Positions 1 to 9,908 of a stretch of 64,000 nucleotides of DNA are shown one piece after another. The DNA is from Verrucomicrobiota bacterium (GTDB taxonomy: Bacteria > Verrucomicrobiota > Verrucomicrobiia > Verrucomicrobiales > DEV007). A model generated the notes under the pieces. That model made no database searches. It worked only from the letters and a program-made list of their open reading frames with translations, and was not told the DNA's origin. Position 1 is the stretch's first letter. The number at the start of each line of letters is the position of its first letter. The translations under genes and the position numbers were made by a program. The stretch covers positions 1 to 64,000 of the forward strand of contig JASFYY010000054.1 of assembly GCA_045046875.1 (NCBI GenBank), given 5' to 3'.

Positions 1-2475
1 AGTATCAATGAGGTGAATCCGCAGGACGTTCCGGATGGTTACATCGCTCCGGATATCAGCGGTATTGATTTGACCGCTGATGCAGCGGTGATCAATGCCT
101 TTGGAAATATCGGTGGGTTGCGGCCATTGGAAACTCGGTTCAATACTTTGGAAGCTCATTCCACTAATATGGGATCGATTGATCTCAACGAGTTTGATGC
201 GATCGAGTTGTTGAATGTGGATGCGGTTGATGGATCGATCATTATTGACGCCGGTGGAGAGATTGTCGCGCACTTGGTGCAGACCTTTAATGATTCAGAG
301 GGGATTCGCGTTGAGCTGCACAATACCAGTGGAAATATCCTGGTGGATCGAGTGGTGGCAGGTATCAATGCCGCCGATTTGTTTATCACTTCGGATGCGG
401 GAAGTATTGAAGAGGTCGATCCGCAAGACAGCCCCGACGGGTTTGCGTTCCCTGATACTAGCGGTATTGATTTAGTTGCTGACCGAGGCGTATTGTCAGC
501 TTTTGACGGAATTGGTGAATTGCGACCAATAGAGACACGCTTTAATTACACTAGCGCGGTTTCGCATAATGGTGGAGATATTAATCTCAATGAACACGAT
601 GGCACGATTTTGGAAAATGTGGTATCGGTGGCGGGTTCGATCAATATCGAAGCAGAGGGTGATGTGGTGATTTTGAACGCTGAAATACTTGGTGATCGAG
701 ATGATTGGGATATCAACATCACCAGTTTGACCGGTGATGTTTATTTTGGATATGCGGGTACGGGTGGAAGCTTTGGCGACGTGACGATCACTGCGATGCA
801 GGGAAGTATCCTTGAATTTCAAAGTGACAGCGGAGTGGATCTGCGTGGTGATGTGGTGATTTTAAACGCTCTGAATGGTATCGGCACTGAAGCCGACCCA
901 ATAGAGAGCGACATCAACACTTTGTTTGCTGAGGTGCATAGCGATGGTGGTTTTTATATGGATGACATCGGAGATATTACTCTGGAACGTGTGGTGACGG
1001 CTAATGGTGCGATTGAAGCGAAAGCGTTGGGTAGTATGGACGCGGTGGAGGTGGAGAGTCGCACGGACAGTTCTGCTGCTAGTATTTTGTTGGATGCTCG
1101 CGGGCGGTTGAGTGTGGATGAGGTGATCGCCGGGGCGGATAGCTTTGGTAGAGGGAATCCTGCACGCGGGGGTAATGTGACGCTTAAAGGTGGTAGGATT
1201 CAGGAGCTGGGCAATGATCCGGATGCGGATGTGCGTGGAGCCAATTTGGAGTTTCAGGCTGGATCTGGAATCGGTTCGGTTGCGAATCCACTAGAGGTGG
1301 TGGGAACGAATATCAATTCGGTCACTCGCAGAGGTGATAATGCTTTGAACAGTCTGTTTGCGGGCCCTGTGTTTGTCAGTCAATTGAACACGGGTTCAGG
1401 AACTGCCTTTTTCAGTCAAACGGGTGGCACGGTAACTTTTGGAGAGGTGATTGTAGGATCCGGAGCCGCTGACTTGAACCTTTTCGGTGGCGGTAATATG
1501 AACGTGACTAATGTGAATGTAGGTAAAGGCAATGTAGCCCTAACCGTAGGGCAAGGTGGACGTTTGGTGTTGAACCGATTGTCGGTTGGAGGAGATGCTC
1601 AATTCACTGCAGATGAAATGGATTTTATTGGGGGCGTGGGGTCGATTTCCGGATCGGGCCGGTTGTCAATCTCGGCTTTCTCGCCTGATGTGTTGATACT
1701 CATCCACCCATTCGGAGTGTTACCTGATTTGGATGGAATCCTTGAAATTGATATTCTGGATTTCCTGGCTTTCAATTTCGGTTCAGTTGAATTCCTGGGA
1801 CTGGTAGAAATTATTTTGCCGGTCTATCAGCAGGAGGATCCTTTTCCCGTCAATCCGAATTTTTTACTATTCGGTTTTGAAGAGGGAGCTGAGGGACAGG
1901 GTGCTGGGGCTGCTTTTCCCTCTGTTCCGACTATTAAAGAATTGTTGGGGGATTTCCGATCGGGTGATGCGTTGCAGGATGAAGAGCTGCGAGCCTATCT
2001 CGAGAATACTTTTGGATTCTCTCCCTGGGCCATATCAGGTCTCGACGAGAGTGTTCTCGACCTGATGGTTTATGGGGTGTTCACAACTTCCGAATGGTTG
2101 GATGTCCTTGAAGCTTTCTTTGGCTACAGCCCATATGGTTTGATTGGCTTGGACGGAAGCTTTTTTGATGAACTCATAGAGAACCTTGAAAAAGAAGCAT
2201 TGCCTGAAAATGGAGACGAACCTGCAAGACCGATTCCCTTTAAAAAACCAAGCACCGGCATCGATCCTTTGGGGGAAAGTAGTGGCGTTACGGTGGCTTA
2301 CGCCGATTTGAATGAGATTCTTGGCACACAGGACCTGTTAGATGAAAAACAAACACATGAGGGCTCTGCAGCGAACTTGTTATACAGTGGTATGCATGCG
2401 GTGATTTGGGCTCCAATGGCTCTTGCAGAAGCAATGAGGGGAATCAGGCGGCGGTTTTTTGACCGAGCTGCATAA
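1..2475 (+). CDS. C-terminal part of a large secreted repeat protein (adhesin/filamentous-haemagglutinin-like), 5'-truncated by the window edge
   Basis: Frame is open from base 1 (AGT ATC AAT GAG GTG). Acidic Gly/Asp/Ile-rich ~130-aa repeats (SINEVNPQDVPDG..GIDLTAD..IGGLRPLETRFN vs SIEEVDPQDSPDG..GIDLVAD..IGELRPIETRFN). Directly followed by a TolC gene. Confidence 0.7.
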   Translation, partial: SINEVNPQDVPDGYIAPDISGIDLTADAAVINAFGNIGGLRPLETRFNTLEAHSTNMGSIDLNEFDAIELLNVDAVDGSIIIDAGGEIVAHLVQTFNDSEGIRVELHNTSGNILVDRVVAGINAADLFITSDAGSIEEVDPQDSPDGFAFPDTSGIDLVADRGVLSAFDGIGELRPIETRFNYTSAVSHNGGDINLNEHDGTILENVVSVAGSINIEAEGDVVILNAEILGDRDDWDINITSLTGDVYFGYAGTGGSFGDVTITAMQGSILEFQSDSGVDLRGDVVILNALNGIGTEADPIESDINTLFAEVHSDGGFYMDDIGDITLERVVTANGAIEAKALGSMDAVEVESRTDSSAASILLDARGRLSVDEVIAGADSFGRGNPARGGNVTLKGGRIQELGNDPDADVRGANLEFQAGSGIGSVANPLEVVGTNINSVTRRGDNALNSLFAGPVFVSQLNTGSGTAFFSQTGGTVTFGEVIVGSGAADLNLFGGGNMNVTNVNVGKGNVALTVGQGGRLVLNRLSVGGDAQFTADEMDFIGGVGSISGSGRLSISAFSPDVLILIHPFGVLPDLDGILEIDILDFLAFNFGSVEFLGLVEIILPVYQQEDPFPVNPNFLLFGFEEGAEGQGAGAAFPSVPTIKELLGDFRSGDALQDEELRAYLENTFGFSPWAISGLDESVLDLMVYGVFTTSEWLDVLEAFFGYSPYGLIGLDGSFFDELIENLEKEALPENGDEPARPIPFKKPSTGIDPLGESSGVTVAYADLNEILGTQDLLDEKQTHEGSAANLLYSGMHAVIWAPMALAEAMRGIRRRFFDRAA

Positions 2476-2535
2476 GCATAGGTTTTCGATTATTTCATTG
2501 AAGTTAATTGCTTTTTAACCGATACCTTGCGTTGT

Positions 2536-4785
2536 ATGGAATTTTTACGTTTATCTCGTTATTATGTGGCTTTAATCACACTGGTTACGCTAGGTGCTTG
2601 GTCTGTTTTGGCTCAGGATGAGAAACGTGTTGGCGATGATAAAAACACTGACGGGAAGATGCTTTCCGACGTGGGTAAGGGAGTGAGAAAGACTGCTCCT
2701 GACCCCAACGAGGCTACGATTGACGAGGCGAACCCGGACTATCTGGACCTGAGGCTCACGGAAAATAATTCAGAGTCTTTGCTGTATTTGAAGGAGGCGA
2801 TCAATGAGGCTCTATCGTCAAATCTGGAGATTCAGATTGAATCGATTGCTCCAGGCATTGCCAGTCAGAGGATCATTCAGGCGCTGGCGGATTTTGACCC
2901 GACTTTTGAGGTTAGGGCTCGGTATGAAAATCTTTTAACTCCGCAAACAACGCAGGAATTTGTCAGTACGGGCGGCACGCCTATTCTTGATAATGCGGCA
3001 AGAGGTAGAGGGGGCAATTTGCCCGGCCGGACATCCAGGCTTTTTGCAGAAGAAAACGTGAGGTCTGACATGCTGTTGACCGGGCGTTTGGTAACTGGCA
3101 CGGAATATGAGCTGGGGTTGAAAGCTAATCGATACAGTAATGACCTCACTCGTGATCCCCTGATTACTTCGATTGATCCTGAGTACCGGGCTTTTGCAGG
3201 TTTGTCATTTACCCAGCCCTTACTTCAAGGCTTTGGTATTTCGGTAAACAAAACGCCTATCTTGATTTCCCAGAGTGAGCGCAGGATCGCGGCTTTGGAT
3301 TTTAAAGCGATAGCCTCACAGATTGTGAAGGAAGTGGTCGCGGCTTATTATGACCTTTATCTGTCCTATGAAAATGTGAAAGTTAAAGTGTTTGATGTTG
3401 GGGTGGCGCAGGTTCAAATCGCGGAAAAAAGGGAACACCTCGAACGAGGAACGGCCACGGAAAGAGATGTTGCGATTGCTAAGACCTTGTTGTTAGAGAG
3501 TTTTGAGCGCTTTCTCCTTTCGCGGCAAACGATGTTGACTAAAAATGCTGATCTGTTGTTGAGGATTCAAACGGATTTTGATCCGCTCGATTACCCTCTT
3601 TATTTGCCCCAGAGTTTTCCGGCAATGGACGCTCCACCTCTGGATTTGGTCAGGATTACTGAAGACGCTTTGAATTACCGTCCGGAATACCTTGCAGCGG
3701 TTGAAACGGTGAAAAAAATGAATATTGAACTGAGGTATCGCCGTAACCAGAAAATGCCCAAATTGGACCTTGAGGCAACCGTTGGAACGCTTGGTTTGAA
3801 TAGCGGATTTTCGGATGCTTTTTCGAAAGCTTTTGATAATCAGGGGCATGAGTATGGAGTGGGCGTGGTTTTTTCTGTGCCCCTGGGTAATCGGAAGGCA
3901 AAAGCGCTGTATAGTGAAACGGCAAAGGTTTCGAGGCAGGCAGTGTTGCGGGTGAAATGGGAAGAAGTGCAGACGAATGTGCTTATTAATCAAAAGCTCA
4001 CAGGGGTGCAAACTCATAAAAAACGGATTCTGGCCGCGCAACATACCCGCGAGGCGGAGGAGATGAATCTTGAACGTGCGCGGGATAATTTGGAAAAAGG
4101 AACATCGACAGAAACCATGGTAAGAGTGATTGAGCATGCCGTGTTGGAAGCTCAATTGAGGGAAGTTGCTGCGGCGGGAGACATGCAGAAAGCGTTGCTT
4201 GATCTGTGGGATGTGAATGGCACGCTGCTGCAAAGATACGGTATTCTCATCGATACAGAGATTGACCGCGAACCGACCTTGAGGTTTGCGGGAGAGGGCG
4301 AAAATAATCCATCCCCATCTGACGGGGATATGAAAGAGTTGGTCGTGGCGGGGAAGGATTCCGAAGGCAAATTCCAGGTGGCGAAGAAGAGTGGCTCTAA
4401 GAGCTCATCCGCACGTCCTAAAATATTTTTTGGATTGATTAAATCAAAAAGGAACCGTGCTGCCGATGAGAAAACAACGGAGCCCGTAAGTGATTTGGCA
4501 GAAGGCGAGCCGGTTCAAGAGGTGATGGAAAACACTGAGCCACCCGCTAAGAAGCCGAGAAAGTTTTTTGGGATTAGGTTCGGTAAGAATAAAAAAGAGA
4601 AAACCAGCGAGGAGGTGATGGACGGTGAGGTGATGGACGGTGAGGTGATGGAAGCGGGGGCTGAATCGCTTCCTGCTGTAGTGGCGGAAGATCAAAATGA
4701 AGAAGAAGTGCAGGTAGTTGATCTCCCTGAATCAAAATCTGAGAAACCTTCGAAATCCAAAAAGTTCCCATTCAGGCGCAAGTGA
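2536..4785 (+). CDS. TolC-family outer membrane efflux protein with long charged C-terminal extension
   Basis: Signal peptide; LKEAINEALSSNLEI, FDPTF, LSFTQPLLQGFG, EVVAAYYDL, PKLDLEA and FSVPLGNR motifs of OEP repeats. ATG at 2536 preferred over TTG at 2527. Confidence 0.85.
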   Translation: MEFLRLSRYYVALITLVTLGAWSVLAQDEKRVGDDKNTDGKMLSDVGKGVRKTAPDPNEATIDEANPDYLDLRLTENNSESLLYLKEAINEALSSNLEIQIESIAPGIASQRIIQALADFDPTFEVRARYENLLTPQTTQEFVSTGGTPILDNAARGRGGNLPGRTSRLFAEENVRSDMLLTGRLVTGTEYELGLKANRYSNDLTRDPLITSIDPEYRAFAGLSFTQPLLQGFGISVNKTPILISQSERRIAALDFKAIASQIVKEVVAAYYDLYLSYENVKVKVFDVGVAQVQIAEKREHLERGTATERDVAIAKTLLLESFERFLLSRQTMLTKNADLLLRIQTDFDPLDYPLYLPQSFPAMDAPPLDLVRITEDALNYRPEYLAAVETVKKMNIELRYRRNQKMPKLDLEATVGTLGLNSGFSDAFSKAFDNQGHEYGVGVVFSVPLGNRKAKALYSETAKVSRQAVLRVKWEEVQTNVLINQKLTGVQTHKKRILAAQHTREAEEMNLERARDNLEKGTSTETMVRVIEHAVLEAQLREVAAAGDMQKALLDLWDVNGTLLQRYGILIDTEIDREPTLRFAGEGENNPSPSDGDMKELVVAGKDSEGKFQVAKKSGSKSSSARPKIFFGLIKSKRNRAADEKTTEPVSDLAEGEPVQEVMENTEPPAKKPRKFFGIRFGKNKKEKTSEEVMDGEVMDGEVMEAGAESLPAVVAEDQNEEEVQVVDLPESKSEKPSKSKKFPFRRK
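4612..4652 (+). repeat. In-frame 15-bp tandem repeat (GAGGTGATGGACGGT x2.7, EVMDG)
   Basis: Read directly from the sequence in the TolC tail. Confidence 0.9.
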
Positions 4786-4874
4786 ATTTAAAAAAAACGG
4801 CTGATTTCGAGTTGGTGATAAGCGGTTTTGAATGGCACAAATAATATCAAATAAGTAAGAGCTAAAAGGTAAAT

Positions 4875-5675
4875 ATGAGCAAATCAAAAGAGAGTCCTGT
4901 AGAAACGAATCGCATAAGCTTGGATGACATGGCAACGCGTTATTTGAATGCCCTTCAGAAAACTTACGACATGGTGTGTTATTCGCTGGCGGGTTCGAGG
5001 AGGCTGAGTGAAGCTGATTATGATGAGTTCTCCAATCAACTTCAAGTGATGCCCCGGCAGCAGGCGCGAATGGAGTTTGAACATGCCAAGGAGCATGCCG
5101 AGCAGTGGATCTTGCGAAACAGCCTGTCTGATACTTTGGCATTGGTTATGCCGGTATTGGAAGATGCTAGAACGATTTGTGCGCTCTGTGATTTCAAAAA
5201 AGAGAATAGTCAGGACGCCGAAAAGTTGAAAGAAATTTCTACTAATGACAGAGCTAAATTCCTTCAATTGCCATTGCCGGAAAAATTTGAGTTACTTAAC
5301 AAAAAATATGATATTGAATGTGACGTTGAGGCCCATATCACGGCCTTGATGAGCGTGACCAAAGCGTTGATGACTAAAGAGGGGGTTCTTACCGAAGAAG
5401 AAGCTGACGATTCAGGGCAGTGCACGCTTAAGATTCGTTCGGTTCAGATCTCTCAAGCTCCTGGAGGGAGTTCCGACATGGCTCAAAGTTTGAATTTGAC
5501 GCGCAAAATTGGAGATTCGGAACGGATAATCAAAGTGGGAGATGAAATTCATTTTTCAAAAGCGGAACACATGGGTTCCATTTTGACTGTGGGGATTTTC
5601 ATTACTGAAATCCTCAAGGGAATCCAAAAATACGCTCACAAAACTGGCGTTGCTGAGGATGCGCCTGCTAAATAG
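4875..5675 (+). CDS. Hypothetical protein
   Basis: 266-aa ATG ORF with upstream AAAGG, co-oriented with neighbours; no recognisable motif. Confidence 0.7.
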   Translation: MSKSKESPVETNRISLDDMATRYLNALQKTYDMVCYSLAGSRRLSEADYDEFSNQLQVMPRQQARMEFEHAKEHAEQWILRNSLSDTLALVMPVLEDARTICALCDFKKENSQDAEKLKEISTNDRAKFLQLPLPEKFELLNKKYDIECDVEAHITALMSVTKALMTKEGVLTEEEADDSGQCTLKIRSVQISQAPGGSSDMAQSLNLTRKIGDSERIIKVGDEIHFSKAEHMGSILTVGIFITEILKGIQKYAHKTGVAEDAPAK

Positions 5676-5714
5676 CAGGTTAAAATTTCAGTGGATTTGT
5701 GACTGGGTAAGCTT

Positions 5715-6602
5715 ATGGCTAAGAAGCAAAATCTATTTTTGATACCTGCCGTGTGTTTGGCATGGGGCTTCGTCATGCCTTTTGCCCAGGCGCAGCAGAA
5801 CAAGACGATTAGGGAAGTGGTTGCCGGCGATAAGAAGGGGGAGGAGGCCGTAGTCAGGACGGCATCAATTGAGTTTACTAATCATTTGGGAATGAAATTT
5901 GTGCAGATCGATTCGGTCTCGCCACTTTTTTCGATTTGGGAAACCCGGGTGGCTGACTTCAGGGCATTTTTAGCAGTGTCAGGCAGGCGCACTAAGCAGG
6001 TTTATTTCAAACAACGGGGGGATCATCCTGTGGTTAATGTCAGTTGGGAGGATGCGATTGCTTTTTGCAGTTGGTTGACGCGGAAAGAATTGCAATCGGG
6101 TGTTTTGCCCGAGGGCTGTCGTTACCGCTTACCGACGAGTGAGGAATGGTCATTGGCAGTGGGGATGCCGCCGCCGGAGGATCCTTTGAAGCAGTTGTCG
6201 GTAGATACGTCAGCGTCAGGATATCCCTGGGGGGCTGAGTGGCCACCGCAAAAGGGCGCGGGAAATTATCATCCTGATCTGGCGGTGGATACATTCCAGG
6301 CGACCGCACCGGTAGGGAGTTTTACGGCTAATCAATTTGGATTGTATGACCTTGGGGGCAATGTATGGGAGTGGTGCCAGGATCAATATGGCAACAGTGT
6401 CGATTTCCGGACGCTGCGTGGAGCTTCCTGGCGGATGAGATCTGCCGGAGATCTGCTTAGTGGATTCACTATTGGTAATATCACCAGCTTAAGATTGGAG
6501 ACCTATGGTTTTCGGGTTGTCCTGGATTTGCCGAAATCCCAGCGAAGCGTTATTTTGAAAAAGCTACCATCCAGTTCGGGACAATCGAGTAAGAAAAATT
6601 GA
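5715..6602 (+). CDS. SUMF1/FGE-sulfatase domain protein, exported
   Basis: Signal peptide; HPVVNVSWEDAIAFC, YRLPTSEEW, NQFGLYDLGGNVWEWC and GFRVV motifs. Confidence 0.85.
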   Translation: MAKKQNLFLIPAVCLAWGFVMPFAQAQQNKTIREVVAGDKKGEEAVVRTASIEFTNHLGMKFVQIDSVSPLFSIWETRVADFRAFLAVSGRRTKQVYFKQRGDHPVVNVSWEDAIAFCSWLTRKELQSGVLPEGCRYRLPTSEEWSLAVGMPPPEDPLKQLSVDTSASGYPWGAEWPPQKGAGNYHPDLAVDTFQATAPVGSFTANQFGLYDLGGNVWEWCQDQYGNSVDFRTLRGASWRMRSAGDLLSGFTIGNITSLRLETYGFRVVLDLPKSQRSVILKKLPSSSGQSSKKN

Positions 6603-6634
6603 GATTAGGATGGAATTGTGGCAAAGTTACTGTC

Positions 6635-9600
6635 ATGAACTCCCTGTTTCGATGTTTTTTGTTTGGTGGGCTGTTGGCCCTGAATTTATTGCCCGCGTTG
6701 CATGCGGGCGATTGGCCGATGTGGAGGCATGATGCGAAGCGCAGTGGAGTGAGTCAGGAGGAGTTGGCGGATGGGTTGTATCTTAATTGGTCGCGGGCGG
6801 TTGCCCCGGCGCGATTGGCTTGGCCGAATGAACCGCGCTTGCATTTTGATGCTTCGATCGAGCCGGTGGTGGCGGGGAAACGGCTGTTTGTCGGATCACC
6901 TTTGGATGGAAGTGTGCGGGCTTATGATACGGAGTCGGGTGCGCAGTTGTGGAAGTTTTACAGTGAGGGGCCGATTCGTTTTGCGCCGGTGGCCTGGCAG
7001 GACGGCTTGTACTTTGGTTCGGATGATGGTTTTTTATATCACTTGGACGCGGCGACGGGGGAGATGCGCTGGAAAGTGCGTGGGGCGCCGGATGATCGGG
7101 CGGATTACCGGCAGATGGGCAACAGTCGTTTGATTTCTTTGTGGCCAATACGCGGTGGGCCGGTGATCGAAAAGGGAGTGGTCTATTTTGGCGCGGGCAT
7201 CTGGCCGTCGATGGGGGTGTTTGTGAAAGCGGTGGACGCCAAAAGCGGTGAGGTTTTGTGGTCAAACGGCGACATCAATTATTTGTCTCGGGTGAGGATC
7301 GATCACAATCTGTTGGAAGAGGCAGCTTTGTCTCCGCAGGGGTATTGTCTGTTTGCTGACGGCAAGGTGGTGGTGCCGAATGGGCGTTCGATGCCGGCGC
7401 GTTTTGAGCCGAAGACGGGTGAGTTGATGTATTTTGTGCAGGGTTACCGGCATGGGGATTCACGGGTGACCGCGACCGATCGTTTTTTGTTTGTTGGAGA
7501 CCAGGGGGTGGTGAGTTTGAAAGACGGGCGTGAGGTGGGTGATCGTTGGGCGTCGGCGGGCAAGGACGCTCCAGATGGTTTTTCGGGCAAAAAACGGGAC
7601 TTGTTCGAGGGCCCTTTTCATGGTTACAAGTTCATGGCGGCCTGTGATTTCCGCTCGGCTTTGGACGACGGCAAGGCTTATGGAGTGAGTAAGGGATCTT
7701 TGTTGGGATGGGGAGTGCATCAGGCGGAGGTATCGCTTTACGAAAAAAAGGATGGGGCTCATGTGATTCATCCGGCACGCTGGGACGCACCGCCTTTATG
7801 GAAGCGTTTTGTTTTGGCTAAAGCTGAGAAGGGTTCAACCCAGGTGACGATCAAAGCGGGTAAGCGGGTTTACACTCACGTGAATAAAACCCTGTTTGCG
7901 GTGGATGTGCCGGACAAGGAGGGCGTGCCGAAGCTGGCGTGGAAGAAGGAGTTGCAGGGAGTACCGAGCAGTATGTTGGTGGCGGACGGTAAGTTGTTTG
8001 TGGTTTTGGCGGAAGGGCAGATTCTTTGTTTCGCGGATAAGTTGGTGGAAGTGGTGAAAAAATACGAGCTGCCAAGCAAGGCTTTGGTGAAGCGAGGCAA
8101 GGATGATGTTTGGGCAAAAAAGGCAGCTGGAGCATTGGCGGCAGCGGGGACGGATCAGGGTTATGCGGTGGTGATGGGTTTGCAAGATGGGTGGATGGTT
8201 GAGGAATTGCTCAATCAATCGAAGATGAAAGTGATTGTGATCGATTCTGATCGGGCAAAGGTGGATGCCTTGCGCGAGAGATTGACCCAGGCGGGTTTGT
8301 ATGCAGATCGGGCGGAGGTGTTTTTAGCGAATCCCTTGTCGATCAAGTGGCCTCCGTATTTGGCGAATTTGATTGTTTCGGAACGCAGTGGGGATGCCAG
8401 TCCCTTGATGGCTATGAAACCTGCTGACTTGTATGAAGTTCTGCGCCCCTATGGCGGCACTCTGGTTTCCTGGAGTGGAGAGAAGGGTAGGGTGCACTAT
8501 GCTGCGGCTAAGTTGGAGGGAGTGAAGTTGAGCATTGAGGGAGGGCAGGTGCTGGTCCAGCGTCCGGGCGCACTGGAAGGTTCGGCGGATTGGACTCACG
8601 AAACGGGCGATGCTTCGCGGGTGTATTTTTCGTCAGACAAACGGGTGCAGGCTCCTTTGGGCATCTTGTGGTATGGCGATGGAACAGACTACGGTTTTGA
8701 AAAACACAAAGACTATGGGCGAGGGGTGAAACCCCAGGTGGCGGAGGGTCGTTTGATCGCTTTTGATGATGGCAAAAAGGAGCTGCGGGCGATTGATATC
8801 TACACTGGCCGTATGTTTTGGAAGCGACAGCAGGATACCTCGCTGGTGCGTTATGTGACTTTTGGGGACGCGGTGTATGTGGCGAGTGGTCTGAAGTGTG
8901 ATGTGCTCGATCCGGTGACGGGAGAGGTAAGGGAGAGTCTGGCGCTACAGGTGGATGTGCCCAAGGGGAAAAAAGCAGGGGTGGTGGCGGTGCGCGCCAA
9001 TGAGAATATTTTGTTGATTGGGGTGGGTTATGACCTGCCGGAGGACGAGCACAGCCATGGTGCGATGGATCATGGCTTGTGGGATGCAAAAATCCTGGTG
9101 GCCTTGGATCGTAAGAGTGGCAAGCAGTTGTGGACAACCAGTGCACAGCAGCGCTTTAATTTGCATTCCATCGCGATGGGCGGCGGCCTGGTGTATGCTT
9201 CGGATTCGATATCCCCCTCGGTTGCGGGACAGATGGAGCGACGCGGCAAGGTGCCGGAGACTTTCCCTTCGATTATATCGGCTTTGGATGAGCGGACGGG
9301 CAAGCTGCGCTGGCAGAAAAAATACGACTACAAATTTCGTAATATGTTGGGCAGAGGGCCGCTGGCGATTCGTCCCTATGATGACTGGCAGGCTTATAAT
9401 GCCGAGCACGGTTTGTTACTGACAGGCAAGTCAGCCGAGATGCGGGCGATTGATGTGAAGACCGGTGAAGAGAAATGGCATTCCGCTAATGCGGGTTTGC
9501 AGCCGCTGATTTTGGGAGGAGACAGTTTCATCAATCAGGGAGGGCATCGTTACGAGGTGACAACAGGGGTAATCCTGACCAAAAAACCTTTGTTCAAGCG

Positions 9601-9886
9601 AGGAGCCTGCAACTACACGGTGGGCAGTGACAGTTTGTTGTTTTTGCGCTATAAAAGCGCGGCTTATGTGGATTTGGACAAGGGGCAGCAGTTCAGTTTG
9701 CGCAATCTGAGAAGTGGCTGCAGTAACAGTCTGGTGGCGGCGGGAGGATTGTTGAATGTGCCGAGTTTTGCTACGGGCTGTGTGTGCAACTACCCTTTGC
9801 AGACTTCGTTTTCGATGGTGTATATGCCGGAAACCGGCAAGTGGGCGGGGGAGAAACCGCTTCCGGTGTCACCGGAGAAAAAATGA
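6635..9886 (+). CDS. PQQ-binding-like beta-propeller repeat protein (BamB-like, PVC-type) with internal Rossmann-like domain
   Basis: Signal peptide then DWPMWRHDAKRSG; many (A)LDxxTGxxxW repeats; second module starting DWTHETGD; Cys-rich C-terminus. ATG at 6635. Confidence 0.8.
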   Translation: MNSLFRCFLFGGLLALNLLPALHAGDWPMWRHDAKRSGVSQEELADGLYLNWSRAVAPARLAWPNEPRLHFDASIEPVVAGKRLFVGSPLDGSVRAYDTESGAQLWKFYSEGPIRFAPVAWQDGLYFGSDDGFLYHLDAATGEMRWKVRGAPDDRADYRQMGNSRLISLWPIRGGPVIEKGVVYFGAGIWPSMGVFVKAVDAKSGEVLWSNGDINYLSRVRIDHNLLEEAALSPQGYCLFADGKVVVPNGRSMPARFEPKTGELMYFVQGYRHGDSRVTATDRFLFVGDQGVVSLKDGREVGDRWASAGKDAPDGFSGKKRDLFEGPFHGYKFMAACDFRSALDDGKAYGVSKGSLLGWGVHQAEVSLYEKKDGAHVIHPARWDAPPLWKRFVLAKAEKGSTQVTIKAGKRVYTHVNKTLFAVDVPDKEGVPKLAWKKELQGVPSSMLVADGKLFVVLAEGQILCFADKLVEVVKKYELPSKALVKRGKDDVWAKKAAGALAAAGTDQGYAVVMGLQDGWMVEELLNQSKMKVIVIDSDRAKVDALRERLTQAGLYADRAEVFLANPLSIKWPPYLANLIVSERSGDASPLMAMKPADLYEVLRPYGGTLVSWSGEKGRVHYAAAKLEGVKLSIEGGQVLVQRPGALEGSADWTHETGDASRVYFSSDKRVQAPLGILWYGDGTDYGFEKHKDYGRGVKPQVAEGRLIAFDDGKKELRAIDIYTGRMFWKRQQDTSLVRYVTFGDAVYVASGLKCDVLDPVTGEVRESLALQVDVPKGKKAGVVAVRANENILLIGVGYDLPEDEHSHGAMDHGLWDAKILVALDRKSGKQLWTTSAQQRFNLHSIAMGGGLVYASDSISPSVAGQMERRGKVPETFPSIISALDERTGKLRWQKKYDYKFRNMLGRGPLAIRPYDDWQAYNAEHGLLLTGKSAEMRAIDVKTGEEKWHSANAGLQPLILGGDSFINQGGHRYEVTTGVILTKKPLFKRGACNYTVGSDSLLFLRYKSAAYVDLDKGQQFSLRNLRSGCSNSLVAAGGLLNVPSFATGCVCNYPLQTSFSMVYMPETGKWAGEKPLPVSPEKK

Positions 9887-9908
9887 GTGTTCTCAAATCC
9901 TGATAAAC

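Noticed and set aside
3493..4233. 246-aa minus-strand ORF
   Set aside because: Antisense shadow of TolC; no motifs.
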